Shown in pieces: positions 10,738 to 19,722 of a DNA stretch of 64,000 bases. Position 1 is the first letter of the stretch; each line of letters opens with the position of its first letter. The notes below the pieces were generated by a model. The model did no database searches. It was given only the letters and a program-made list of their open reading frames with translations, and had not been told where the DNA came from. Both the position numbers and the translations under genes were made by a program. The DNA is from Gemmatimonadota bacterium (GTDB lineage Bacteria > Gemmatimonadota > Gemmatimonadetes > Gemmatimonadales > GWC2-71-9): assembly GCA_039588295.1 (NCBI GenBank), contig JBDHAB010000005.1:62395-126394 (forward strand), given 5' to 3'.

Positions 10738-12171
10738 CTACCCGGGCACGCCCGGCTCCGTCATCGCGCGCAGATCGAGCAGCGAGTCCAGCTCCGCTGG
10801 CTCGAACAGGCCCTTACGGGCGACGAGCTCCCGGACGGTCACACCTTCCGCTACAGCCTCTTTGGCCAGCTTCGCAGCCGCTGCGTATCCGATCCGTGGA
10901 GCGAGCGCGGTCACGATCGCCGGACTGCGTTCCAGCCAGTACGCACACTGCTCGGAGTTCGCTTCGATCCCCGACACACAGCGCTCGGCCAGCGTGCGGG
11001 AGGCACGGTGCAGAATCTCCATCGTGAACAACAGGTTGTGACCGATTACCGGCATCATCACGTTCAGCTCGAGCTGCCCAGCCTCGGCTGCCGTGGCAAC
11101 CGCGAGATCGTTTCCAATCACTTGATAACACACCATGTTGACCATTTCAGGAATCACCGGGTTCACCTTACCCGGCATGATGCTGGATCCGGGTTGCACC
11201 GGCGGGAGGAGGATCTCTGCAAGCGCCGTCCGCGGGCCGGAGGCGAGCAGCCGCAGGTCATTGGCGATCTTGCTCAAGTCCACCGCGTAGGTTCGGAGCG
11301 CTCCACTGAACGCCGCCTGATCACCCATCGACTGCATCAACTGCACGCGGTCCGCACCGGCCCGCAGCTCGAGCCCGGTGCTGGCCCGCAGCTCCTCCAC
11401 GACGAGGTCCGGATAGGCCGGCTCGACATTGAGCCCGGTCCCAACCGCGGATCCTCCAATGTTCAGCTCTCGGAGCCATACCGCAGATTCCTCGATGCGC
11501 ATCCGATTGCGCTCGACCGTGTGCCCGAACGCGGTGAATTCCTGGCCCAGTCGAATCGGCGTCGCATCCTGCAGGTGCGTGCGTCCGGCCTTCACGATGT
11601 GATCAAACGCGACCCCCCGCTCGAGGAATGCTCGACCGAGTCCGTCCATCGCGTCCACGAGCCCGGGCAACGTGGCCAACACGGCCAGCCGAATGGCCGT
11701 CGGAACGGTGTCGTTCGTGCTCTGTGCCATGTTGACATGGTCGTTCGGATGAACCGGCTGGTAGACACCGCGCGTTCCGCCGAGCATCTCATTCGCGCGG
11801 TTGGCCAGGACCTCGTTCACGTTCATGTTGTGACTCGTCCCCGCCCCCGCTTGATACGGATCCACCACGAACTGTTCCCGGTGCTGGCCGTTCAGCACCT
11901 CATCGGCGGCGGCGACGATCGCATCGGCCAGCCGTGCTTCGAGTCGGCCCGTGTGCTTGTGCGTGATCGCCGCCGCCCGCTTGATCCAGACCATGGCATC
12001 CACGAACGCCGCCAGCGGTCGGAGGCCGGAGATCGAGAAGTTGTGACGCGCACGTTCGGTCTGAATGCCGTACAGCGCGTCCGCCGGTACCGGCAACTCC
12101 CCCAGCGGATCCCGTTCAGCTCGCATTTGACTCATGGCTTCATCCGATGTGATCGCGTCGTGGACCTGCAC
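10738..12171 (-). CDS. aspA: Aspartate ammonia-lyase (fumarase/aspartase superfamily)
   Basis: QAGAGTSHNMN, HPNDHVN, GRTHLQDA, GSSIMPGKVNP. Confidence 0.85.
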   Translation of the reverse strand: MQVHDAITSDEAMSQMRAERDPLGELPVPADALYGIQTERARHNFSISGLRPLAAFVDAMVWIKRAAAITHKHTGRLEARLADAIVAAADEVLNGQHREQFVVDPYQAGAGTSHNMNVNEVLANRANEMLGGTRGVYQPVHPNDHVNMAQSTNDTVPTAIRLAVLATLPGLVDAMDGLGRAFLERGVAFDHIVKAGRTHLQDATPIRLGQEFTAFGHTVERNRMRIEESAVWLRELNIGGSAVGTGLNVEPAYPDLVVEELRASTGLELRAGADRVQLMQSMGDQAAFSGALRTYAVDLSKIANDLRLLASGPRTALAEILLPPVQPGSSIMPGKVNPVIPEMVNMVCYQVIGNDLAVATAAEAGQLELNVMMPVIGHNLLFTMEILHRASRTLAERCVSGIEANSEQCAYWLERSPAIVTALAPRIGYAAAAKLAKEAVAEGVTVRELVARKGLFEPAELDSLLDLRAMTEPGVPG

Positions 12172-12176
12172 GGCAT

Positions 12177-12749
12177 CTACCGCCCGGCCTCGCGGGTGAC
12201 CTCTACACGGAGCGCGTCATTGAAGCGGTTGAAGTAGCTGAACAGACCGGCAACCAGTGTGATCTCCACGACGGCCCCCTCGTCCCAGTACCCCCCGAGC
12301 TGCGCAACGACCGCTTCCGGAACCGCATGCCCGCTCTCCGCTACGAATTCGGCGAAGCGCAGGGCGAGGGCCCACGCGTCGTCGAGTCCTTCCAAGGAAC
12401 CCACGCCGCGCCCGTCTGTTTCCGGAGCCTCGACGCGGAGCGCCGTCAGCCACGGCTCTTCCGCACCCAGCCGCCTCGCCAAGGCGGTGTGCGATGCCAG
12501 TCAATAGCGACAACGATTGATCGAGGAAACCCGCACGGCAATGAGCTCCTTCAATAACGTCGGCACCGTTCCCTCGTTCATCACCGTCCGAAAGTGTGCG
12601 ATGAGCGTCTGCAGGTGCTTCGGACGAATCGCCACCGTGCGGAACATGTTCGGGATGTTGCCCCGCTCGCGAAGGTACGCGTCGAAGATGTCACGAACCT
12701 CACCGGCAACCTCTTCGGGCTCGCGCGGTCGTATGCGGGGCGTCGCCAT
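12177..12749 (-). CDS. AhpD/CMD-like peroxidase, probable selenoprotein (Sec at TGA 12501-12503)
   Basis: ORFs 12501..12812 and 12177..12482 are in frame across TGA: ..VSSINRCRY-U-LASH..; C-terminal FNRFNDAL; hairpin after UGA. Confidence 0.85.
12462..12493 (-). promoter_or_regulatory. Candidate SECIS element for the AhpD-like gene
   Basis: CGCAC-A-CCGCCUU-GGC-GAGGCGG-CUGG-GUGCG; apical G 21 nt after UGA. Confidence 0.6.
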
Positions 12750-12763
12750 CCGTGGTGGCTCCG

Positions 12764-12895
12764 CTACTCCGAGCAGTCGCCCAACGGGTAGTCGAACCCG
12801 CAGTTGCGACACGGGTTCTTGGAGCGCGACGGCGTGCGCACCGTTGCCGGGGCCGCGGCCGACTTTTCACACACGGTGTCCGCGTTTTCACCCAA
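12764..12895 (-). CDS. Small Cys-containing protein (zinc-ribbon-like)
   Basis: ..VCEK..PCRNCGFDYPLGDCSE*; fills the gap between the MBL and AhpD genes; start uncertain. Confidence 0.4.
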   Translation of the reverse strand: MGENADTVCEKSAAAPATVRTPSRSKNPCRNCGFDYPLGDCSE

Positions 12896-13535
12896 GTGGA
12901 TACGCTCCTGTGACAAACGGGTTGGCAGACCGTTCACGACCAATGGTCGTGTCGGGACCGTGTCCCGCATAGACCAGTGTGGCATCGGGGAGCGTCATCA
13001 GCTGCTCTCTGATGGAAGCCAGCAGCGTTTCCCCGTCGCCGCCCGGCAGATCCACGCGTCCAACGGAGCCCGCAAACAAGGCGTCTCCGACCAGCGCAAT
13101 ACCGTGACCCACAAACGCCACACTCCCCGGGCTGTGCCCCGGCACGTGACGGACTTCGAATCTGAGCGAGCCAAGCTCCAGAGTATCGCCAGCCGCCAGC
13201 TCGTGTTCCGGGGGCGGCGGCCGATCCGCCCGAACGCCCAGCCACGCGCCCTGGCTCACTGCACCATCGTACAGTGATCGATCAGCGGGATGGAGCGAGA
13301 CCGGCACGCCCGTGCGCTCCACCACCTCCGCCACACCGAGGATGTGATCGAGGTGTGCATGCGTGAGCCACACAGCGCGCAAGGCCAGCTCCTCGCTGGC
13401 GAGCCGACGGAGAAAGAGGTCAGCCTCCTCTCCCGGATCCACGAGCACGGCATCGTGCGTTTCAGGATCCGCTACGATGTAGCAGTTCTCCTGAAACACA
13501 CCGTTGGTGAGGCAGACGACCCTAGGGAGACGCAA
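12888..13535 (-). CDS. MBL-fold metallo-hydrolase (glyoxalase II-like)
   Basis: THAHLDH, PGHSPG, GDALFAGSVGRVD, GHGPDTT; start uncertain. Confidence 0.9.
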   Translation of the reverse strand: MRLPRVVCLTNGVFQENCYIVADPETHDAVLVDPGEEADLFLRRLASEELALRAVWLTHAHLDHILGVAEVVERTGVPVSLHPADRSLYDGAVSQGAWLGVRADRPPPPEHELAAGDTLELGSLRFEVRHVPGHSPGSVAFVGHGIALVGDALFAGSVGRVDLPGGDGETLLASIREQLMTLPDATLVYAGHGPDTTIGRERSANPFVTGAYPLG

Positions 13536-14526
13536 CGGTCGCGGGTTCCTCGTGTCCCTGTTCGCGCTCTCGGTCACGTCGCTCCGCGAGGTACTTCTCC
13601 ACGGCAATGGCGGCCGTGGTCGCATCTCCAACCGCGGTCGTGATCTGTCGGACGAGCTGAACGCGCAGGTCTCCCGCAGCAAAGAGTCCCGGAATCGAAG
13701 TCATCATATGCGAGTCGGTGATGATGTACCCCCCGGCGTCATGATCGAAATGGCCCTTGATCAACCCGGAATTCGGCGTGAACCCAATGAAGATGAACAC
13801 GCCGCCGACGGGCAGGGAGGATCCTTTGCCGGTCACCGTGTCCTTCAACGCGAGCTCGGTGACCCCCTTGGCATTACCTCGGACCTCTTCAACGACCTTG
13901 TTCCAGACAACCTCGATCTTCGGGTTCTGAAACGCGCGTTTTTGAATGATGGGTGACGCCCGGAATTCGTCGCGCCGATGGATGATGTGGACCTTGTCGG
14001 CGTACCGTGTGAGGTAGTCAGCCTCCTCAACGGCCGCATCGCCACCACCGACCACCGCCAGCACCTCCCCCTTGAAGAAGGCGCCGTCACACACAGCACA
14101 GTACGATACCCCTCTGCCCGCATGCTCCTTCTCGCCGGGAACGTTGAGCTTGCGCGGCGTGCCCCCGGCGGTGAGAATCACCGCCGACGCGGTGTACGTC
14201 CTCCCGAGCTGTGTCGCGATCGCGAATCCGCCATCCGGCTGCTTTTCGATCGATTCGACGGTGTCGGTGACAATCTGCGCGCCGAATTTCTTGGCGTGCT
14301 CGGCCATGAGCCGTGCGAGTTCCGGACCCTTGACGCTCTCAAACCCGATGTAGTCCTCGATCAGATCGGTATTGAGCAACTCGCCACCCGGCATCCCCCG
14401 CTCGATGATCAGGGTATCGAGCATGCCCCGGCCAGTGTACATCCCGCCGCAGAGTCCAGCGGGCCCCGCCCCCACAATAACGACATCGAAGTGCTGCTTG
14501 TGTTCTTTCGCGTTCACGTTCGTCAT
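13522..14526 (-). CDS. trxB: Thioredoxin reductase
   Basis: GAGPAG, GVSYCAVCDG, GGGDAAVEEA, HRRDEFRA, GLFAAGD. Confidence 0.95.
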   Translation of the reverse strand: MTNVNAKEHKQHFDVVIVGAGPAGLCGGMYTGRGMLDTLIIERGMPGGELLNTDLIEDYIGFESVKGPELARLMAEHAKKFGAQIVTDTVESIEKQPDGGFAIATQLGRTYTASAVILTAGGTPRKLNVPGEKEHAGRGVSYCAVCDGAFFKGEVLAVVGGGDAAVEEADYLTRYADKVHIIHRRDEFRASPIIQKRAFQNPKIEVVWNKVVEEVRGNAKGVTELALKDTVTGKGSSLPVGGVFIFIGFTPNSGLIKGHFDHDAGGYIITDSHMMTSIPGLFAAGDLRVQLVRQITTAVGDATTAAIAVEKYLAERRDREREQGHEEPATVASP

Positions 14527-14969
14527 CCTTGTCTCAGCTGCAAATTCGGCGGCGGCCCGTCGCGGAGCAACGCCCGATCCAGCGCGCGCCAGAATGCCAC
14601 GGTTTCGAACTCGACCGCCGGATGTTGACTCCCCGACAACTTCTCGAGCGCTGCCCCTCCAACAACGCGTGCGCCGTGCGTGTTCCCGCGCTCTTGGTGG
14701 AGCAGGGCCGCAGCCGCCTGAATGAGCCCTTGAATCACCACCGCCTCCCCCTCGTTCGCTACCGAACGCCAGATCGTCTCGAGCTCCTCGTGCGCGTCCC
14801 AAAACCTCCCGGCGTTGAACAGTGCGATTGCTCGCTGGCCGTGCGCTGCCCGGTCAATGGTCTGCGCCCGGTACCGACGCTCGCGGCGCTTCGGTGGCCT
14901 ACGTAACATAGTCGGCGCCTGAGAACACAGCAGACCCCCGACGGCCGAGGCCGACGGAGGGTGCCGCAC
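14523..14969 (-). CDS. DUF309 family protein
   Basis: LFNAGRFWDAHEELETIW...QGLIQAAAA. Confidence 0.85.
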   Translation of the reverse strand: MRHPPSASAVGGLLCSQAPTMLRRPPKRRERRYRAQTIDRAAHGQRAIALFNAGRFWDAHEELETIWRSVANEGEAVVIQGLIQAAAALLHQERGNTHGARVVGGAALEKLSGSQHPAVEFETVAFWRALDRALLRDGPPPNLQLRQG

Positions 14970-15413
14970 TCACGGTTGCAGCGCCCCCAGCGTTTGGTCG
15001 GGACCGGGCGCGCCCCGGCCGGCAAACGCGACCGTTCCGTCACGGTCGACCAGCACGACCGTGCGTTGGATCTTCTTGCCGTCGCGCGTGAGGGCACCGA
15101 ACGCGCGGGCCGCGCGTCGGTCGGCGTCGCTGAGGAGCGGGAACGGCAGCTTGAGCTTTGCGGCGTATCGGCGGTGGCTCTCAGTTCCCGCCGGGTTCAG
15201 TCCAAAGGGCTGCACGTCACGGGTGCGGTACCTCTCGATCTCATCGCGCACGGCGGAGAGTTGTCGGTTTCACCCAGGGGTGTCGTTGCCGGGATAGAAG
15301 ATCAGCAGCGCCCGCGATTGTTTGAGCACGGCACTCAGTTGATACTGCTTGCCGTCCGATGCCTGGAGCGCGAAATCCGGCGCCGTGCTGCCGACGGCCA
15401 CGAGATCGGTCAT
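14970..15413 (-). CDS. Peroxiredoxin (BCP/PrxQ-like), probable selenoprotein (Sec at TGA 15270-15272)
   Basis: APDFAL...FYPGNDTPG-U-NRQL...FPLLSD...QRTVVLVD; two ORF-track pieces join in frame. Confidence 0.87.
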
Positions 15414-16258
15414 TGCGAAACCTCCGATTGGACCCTCCGCTGTCGTTGGAGCAGCTCGAGGCGCCGCAGCCACTCGGGTGGGACCGTGATGCTGCCGAGC
15501 GGGGCGCGAGCGACGGTACCCGCGGCCTCACCGTGCCAATCCGACCCACCGCTGCACAGGAGCCCAAGCCCGTGTGCTATCTGCTCGATCCGCTGCCCGA
15601 GCGCCGCGTCGTGCCCGGGGTGTCGGACCTCTACTGCATCCACTCCCTGCTGCTGAAGCTCGCGCAACGCTGTTGGGGTCGCACGCTGGCGCAGGTGCGC
15701 AGCCGATGACACCGCCCCCGCTTCGCGGATCAGCGTTGTGACGTCCGCGACTTCCGGGAGCTGTTTGGGCACAAAGGCCGGCTTCCCCCACCCAAGGTAT
15801 CGTACGAATGCTTCGTCCACGCTGGCAACGTGACCCGCAGCCACGAGTGCGCGCGCAACGTGAGGGCGCCCGACGGCACCGCCGCCCGCCGTAGCAAGGA
15901 CCTCGTCTGCGGTGATGCCGACACCGAGCCGGCTCAACCGCGTCACAATGTGTTCGGCGCGCCCACGCCGGTTGGCGCGTTGCTCAGCAAGGAACGTGTT
16001 CAGCGCCGGATGCTGCGCCGGCAGGAAATACCCGAGCAGATGAAGCTCGCCCCAGCGCGCCGCCACACTGAACTCGCAGCCAGGGATCACACGTGTCTCG
16101 ACCTCGGCGGCCGCTCGGAGCGCTTCGGGAATGCCGTCGAGGGTGTCATGATCGGTGAGGGCGATCACCGTCAGCCCGGCGGCGCTAGCCAGCCGAACGA
16201 CGTCGGCCGGAGCGTGTTGCCCGTCCGATGCCGCCGAATGGACGTGGAGATCGATCAC
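15410..16258 (-). CDS. PHP domain metal-dependent phosphoesterase
   Basis: IDLHVHSAASDG, ALTDHDT, GRPH, GGSDWHG. Confidence 0.9.
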   Translation of the reverse strand: MIDLHVHSAASDGQHAPADVVRLASAAGLTVIALTDHDTLDGIPEALRAAAEVETRVIPGCEFSVAARWGELHLLGYFLPAQHPALNTFLAEQRANRRGRAEHIVTRLSRLGVGITADEVLATAGGGAVGRPHVARALVAAGHVASVDEAFVRYLGWGKPAFVPKQLPEVADVTTLIREAGAVSSAAHLRQRATPTALRELQQQGVDAVEVRHPGHDAALGQRIEQIAHGLGLLCSGGSDWHGEAAGTVARAPLGSITVPPEWLRRLELLQRQRRVQSEVSQ

Positions 16259-16545
16259 CTACGTGGAGGCGCGGGACCGTCCGCCCCGTAGCTGATCTCC
16301 GGGCTCGTCGACGCTGGTTGCGACTCGGAGAAGTACTGCTGCAGGCGGGCGTCGGACAATTCCGTCAGGGCGACATCCCACCGGCGGGCACCGGTGGGGG
16401 AAAATCGCGTCACGCGCCGGATCCGATCCGCCCCCGTCCCCTTCTCGAATACGAGCCCAAACTCATCACGCTCATACGCGGTCACCCTACCCGACGGGTA
16501 GACATACCACGCTTCCCCGTCGATCACGATCGTCCGCCTGGCCAT
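16255..16545 (-). CDS. Hypothetical protein
   Basis: MARRTIVIDGEAWYVYPSGR..; coupled to the E2 and PHP genes. Confidence 0.7.
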   Translation of the reverse strand: MARRTIVIDGEAWYVYPSGRVTAYERDEFGLVFEKGTGADRIRRVTRFSPTGARRWDVALTELSDARLQQYFSESQPASTSPEISYGADGPAPPRR

Positions 16546-16547
16546 CC

Positions 16548-17891
16548 TCAGACCGCTCCTTCCGGGAACGTTTCCAAATCCTGTTTGACATCGGCCATGA
16601 AACGATCCGCGTCGGCACCGTCCACCACCCGATGGTCGTACGACAGGGTCAACATACCCATGGTGCGGATCGCAATACCGTCCTGCCCGTCCTCCAGGGT
16701 GATGACCTTCGGGCGCTTCTCGATGGATCCGACGCCGAGGATCGCGACCTGCGGCTGGTTGATGATGGGTGCCCCGGCAAACGAGCCGAACACGCCGGGG
16801 TTGGTAATCGTGAACGTCCCCTGTTGCACCTCGTCGGGATTCAGGCGCTTGGTGCGCGCGCGCTCTGCGAGATCTGCGATCTTGCGGGCGATCCCCACCA
16901 GGGAGAGTTCGTCGGCGTTCTTCAGCACGGGGACGATCAGCCCCCACTCGAGCGCCACCGCGATCCCCACGTTGATCGGCTTGCGATGAATGATGCTGCC
17001 GCCGCTCACCGAGGAATTGACGACGCGGTGCTTCCGCAGGTTGTCGGCGATCACCTTCACAATGAAACTGAGGTAGGTGGGGTTCGCGCCTCGCGCCTGA
17101 TAATCGCGCTTGATCTGGGCCCGCAGTTCCGCGATGCGCGTGTAGTCCACCTCGTAGAAGCTCGTGACGTGCGCGGAGATCCGGCGAGACATGACCATGT
17201 GGTCCGCCGTGAGCTTGCGAATGCGACTCATCGGCACGACCTCATCACCGGGCCACGCCTCGACCACCGGATGCATCACTTCTCCCGTCGGGACACTCGC
17301 CGGTCGTGGCGGCGGGGCCGGAGCAATCTCGGGTTCCGGAGCGCCCCGCTCGATGTAGGCCACGAGGTCTTTCTTGGTCACGCGTCCGGCGAAACCGCTG
17401 CCTGGGATCTGCGCGAGATCGATACCGTGCTCGGCGGCCATGCGACGTACCAAGGGCGTCGACCGCCGTCGTACGCGCTCGTCTGAGGTCTCGTCGGCCA
17501 CCGCCGCGACGGGAGCCTCGCCGACGGTGGGCGGTGTTGGCGGCGCCGCTTCCGGAGTCGGAGCTGGAGCCGGTGCGGGCACCGGCGTTTCAACCTCGGG
17601 CGGCGTCTGCGGCGGCTGTGCCGCCGGTGCCGCAGCCGCGGCGGCTGCGGCGTCGGTCTCGATCACGGCAATCACCGTCTGCACCGCCACCGTCTGACCT
17701 TCCGCCACCTTGATCTCGGTCACCACCCCCGCAGAGGGAGCCGGGATTTCCGCATCGACTTTGTCCGTCGAGATCTCGAGGATCGCCTCGTCACGCTTGA
17801 CCTGATCACCAACCTGCTTGAGCCACCGCGAGACGGTCCCCTCGGCAATCGACTCCCCCATCTGCGGCATGATCACATCGATACGGGCCAT
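16548..17891 (-). CDS. 2-oxoacid dehydrogenase E2 (dihydrolipoamide acyltransferase)
   Basis: Lipoyl domain ISTDKVDAE, E3-binding GRVTKKD, catalytic DHRVVDG. Confidence 0.93.
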   Translation of the reverse strand: MARIDVIMPQMGESIAEGTVSRWLKQVGDQVKRDEAILEISTDKVDAEIPAPSAGVVTEIKVAEGQTVAVQTVIAVIETDAAAAAAAAPAAQPPQTPPEVETPVPAPAPAPTPEAAPPTPPTVGEAPVAAVADETSDERVRRRSTPLVRRMAAEHGIDLAQIPGSGFAGRVTKKDLVAYIERGAPEPEIAPAPPPRPASVPTGEVMHPVVEAWPGDEVVPMSRIRKLTADHMVMSRRISAHVTSFYEVDYTRIAELRAQIKRDYQARGANPTYLSFIVKVIADNLRKHRVVNSSVSGGSIIHRKPINVGIAVALEWGLIVPVLKNADELSLVGIARKIADLAERARTKRLNPDEVQQGTFTITNPGVFGSFAGAPIINQPQVAILGVGSIEKRPKVITLEDGQDGIAIRTMGMLTLSYDHRVVDGADADRFMADVKQDLETFPEGAV

Positions 17892-17908
17892 CCACTGTCT
17901 CCTGCACG

Positions 17909-17932
17909 AGCCCCCGCGCGCGCGGGGGTTTT
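17909..17932. repeat. Perfect GC palindrome upstream of the TnpA-like gene
   Basis: AG-CCCCCGCGCGCGCGGGGG-TTTT. Confidence 0.6.
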
Positions 17933-17992
17933 GAGTGTTGACTGCATCGTTTCGGGTACGGTGTGCGAGTCAGCGAGCCGCATCATCGCGGC

Positions 17993-18451
17993 ATGGGACC
18001 GTACGTCGTCGCTCGGGCGCAGGCAAAGTGGTACCACGTATTGTGGGCAACTCGCCGGCACCGCCGAATCTTTAAAATACCCGCGCTCCGCCGATTCTGC
18101 GAGCGTGAAGTGTTGCGTTCGTGCGCCGCGCGACATTGGCGCGTGAATCGAGCCTCGATCGCTCCGGACCACGTGCGGCTCTTGGTGCGTGCGTCGGGCC
18201 AACTCTCGCGGTCCGACCTGGTGCGCGAGCTCAAGGACGCGGTGGCGCGCGCGGTTCGACGGGCCGGCTTCGAAGGCTCCCCATCTCGGCTATGGGACGA
18301 TCGTTGGTGGTGCGCCACCGTTGCCAGCGGGCGCGGTATCGAGGCGGTCCGTCGCCACATCGAGGGGCTGTCGGCCGCTTCGGCGGTTCAGGTGGCGGAG
18401 GCGGCCGTCGGCAAGGGGTGCCAGGCTCTCAAGGACGATCACCACGCGTGA
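17993..18451 (+). CDS. IS200/IS605 TnpA-like (Y1 HUH fold) protein with degenerate catalytic motifs
   Basis: YHVLWATRRHRRIF, PDHVRLLV, ELK, LW..RWWCATV, EAVRRHIE mirror the TnpA layout. Confidence 0.7.
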   Translation: MGPYVVARAQAKWYHVLWATRRHRRIFKIPALRRFCEREVLRSCAARHWRVNRASIAPDHVRLLVRASGQLSRSDLVRELKDAVARAVRRAGFEGSPSRLWDDRWWCATVASGRGIEAVRRHIEGLSAASAVQVAEAAVGKGCQALKDDHHA

Positions 18452-18457
18452 AGATCG

Positions 18458-19438
18458 TCAATACGCCAGCAGCCGGCGCGCGACCTCGACGATTTCCGAC
18501 GTTTGAGGCAGGACGAAATCCTCGAGGGTCGGGGCGTAGGGAATTGGAGCGTCCCGCGCTGTCACGCGCAGCACGGGAGCGTCCAGCCACTCGAACGCCT
18601 GCTCGTTCAGGCGCGCCGTGATCTCGCCTGCCACCCCCCCGGTGCGGGTGTCCTCATGGACGACCAAGACTCGGTTGGTCTTCTTAACGGATGCCACTAC
18701 GGCCGCGTCATCCATCGGCAGCAGCGTCCGCAGATCCAGCACCTCGGCACCCACACCGTCCTCGGCCGCGAGCTGCTCCGCCGCTTCGAGCGCTTTCCAC
18801 ACGGCGGCAGACCAAGTCACAATTGTCACATCTGTTCCCTCACGCGCCACGCGAGCCTGGCCGATCGGAGTGAGCACCTCTTCGTCATCCGGCAATTCCT
18901 CCTTCAACCGACGATAGAGGTACTTGTGCTCGAAGAAGATCACTGGGTTCTCGTCCCGCACCGCGGCCTTGATGAGCCCTTTGGCGTCACGCACCGTGGC
19001 GGGGCACACGAGCTTCAAGCCGGGGGTGTGAAAGAACGCCGCCTCCGGCATCTGCGAGTGAAACGGGCCACCTCGTACATAGCCCCCACACGGCCCCCGA
19101 ATCACCATCGGTGTCGACAGCCCGGCCCGGTAGCGAGCCGTCGCAACGTAGTTGGTGACGATGTCGTACGCGCAGGCAATGAAGTCGATGAACTGCATCT
19201 CCGCGACGGGACGCAGTCCCATATGCGCCGCCCCGGCTGCCGCGCCCACGATGGCCGCCTCGCTGATGGGCGTGTCGATCACTCGGTTGGCGCCGAACCG
19301 CTCCTGAAACCCGTCCGTGAGTTTGAAGGCGCCCCCGTATGCGCCAATGTCCTCGCCCAGCAGGAAGACTCGCTCATCACGCTCCATTTCCTCCCACAGC
19401 CCCTGACGGAGCGCTTCGAGGTACGTAATCGGGGCCAC
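18458..19438 (-). CDS. 2-oxoacid dehydrogenase E1 beta subunit
   Basis: LGEDIGAYGG, DTPISE, AEMQFIDF, HSQ, FFEHK, DLRTL. Confidence 0.93.
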   Translation of the reverse strand: MAPITYLEALRQGLWEEMERDERVFLLGEDIGAYGGAFKLTDGFQERFGANRVIDTPISEAAIVGAAAGAAHMGLRPVAEMQFIDFIACAYDIVTNYVATARYRAGLSTPMVIRGPCGGYVRGGPFHSQMPEAAFFHTPGLKLVCPATVRDAKGLIKAAVRDENPVIFFEHKYLYRRLKEELPDDEEVLTPIGQARVAREGTDVTIVTWSAAVWKALEAAEQLAAEDGVGAEVLDLRTLLPMDDAAVVASVKKTNRVLVVHEDTRTGGVAGEITARLNEQAFEWLDAPVLRVTARDAPIPYAPTLEDFVLPQTSEIVEVARRLLAY

Positions 19439-19456
19439 GAGCGGGGTGGCTCGGAT

Positions 19457-19672
19457 TCAGCCAGCCACCGCGGCGCCGTAGCCGGCAGTCTCCACCGCGG
19501 CAACGAGCGTGTCGGCCAACGTGCGTCGGTCGTCACAATCGATCTCCGCGGTGCCACCCTCGAGGTCGACGTGGACACCCCACACGCCGTCCACGGCCTT
19601 CAGGGCGTTTTCGACCGTTGCCGTGCAGTGACCGCAGGTCATCCCGGAGATGGTCAGTTGAATGGAAGCCAT
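19457..19672 (-). CDS. Heavy-metal chaperone (CopZ-like HMA domain)
   Basis: GMTCGHC...AGY. Confidence 0.88.
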   Translation of the reverse strand: MASIQLTISGMTCGHCTATVENALKAVDGVWGVHVDLEGGTAEIDCDDRRTLADTLVAAVETAGYGAAVAG

Positions 19673-19722
19673 GGATGCGTTCTCCGCCGTCCCTTCGTCG
19701 CTCGAGGAACCCCCGGTCACGC

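Noticed and set aside
10648..12237. 529-aa + strand ORF
   Set aside because: Antisense shadow of aspA in GC-rich DNA; no motifs.
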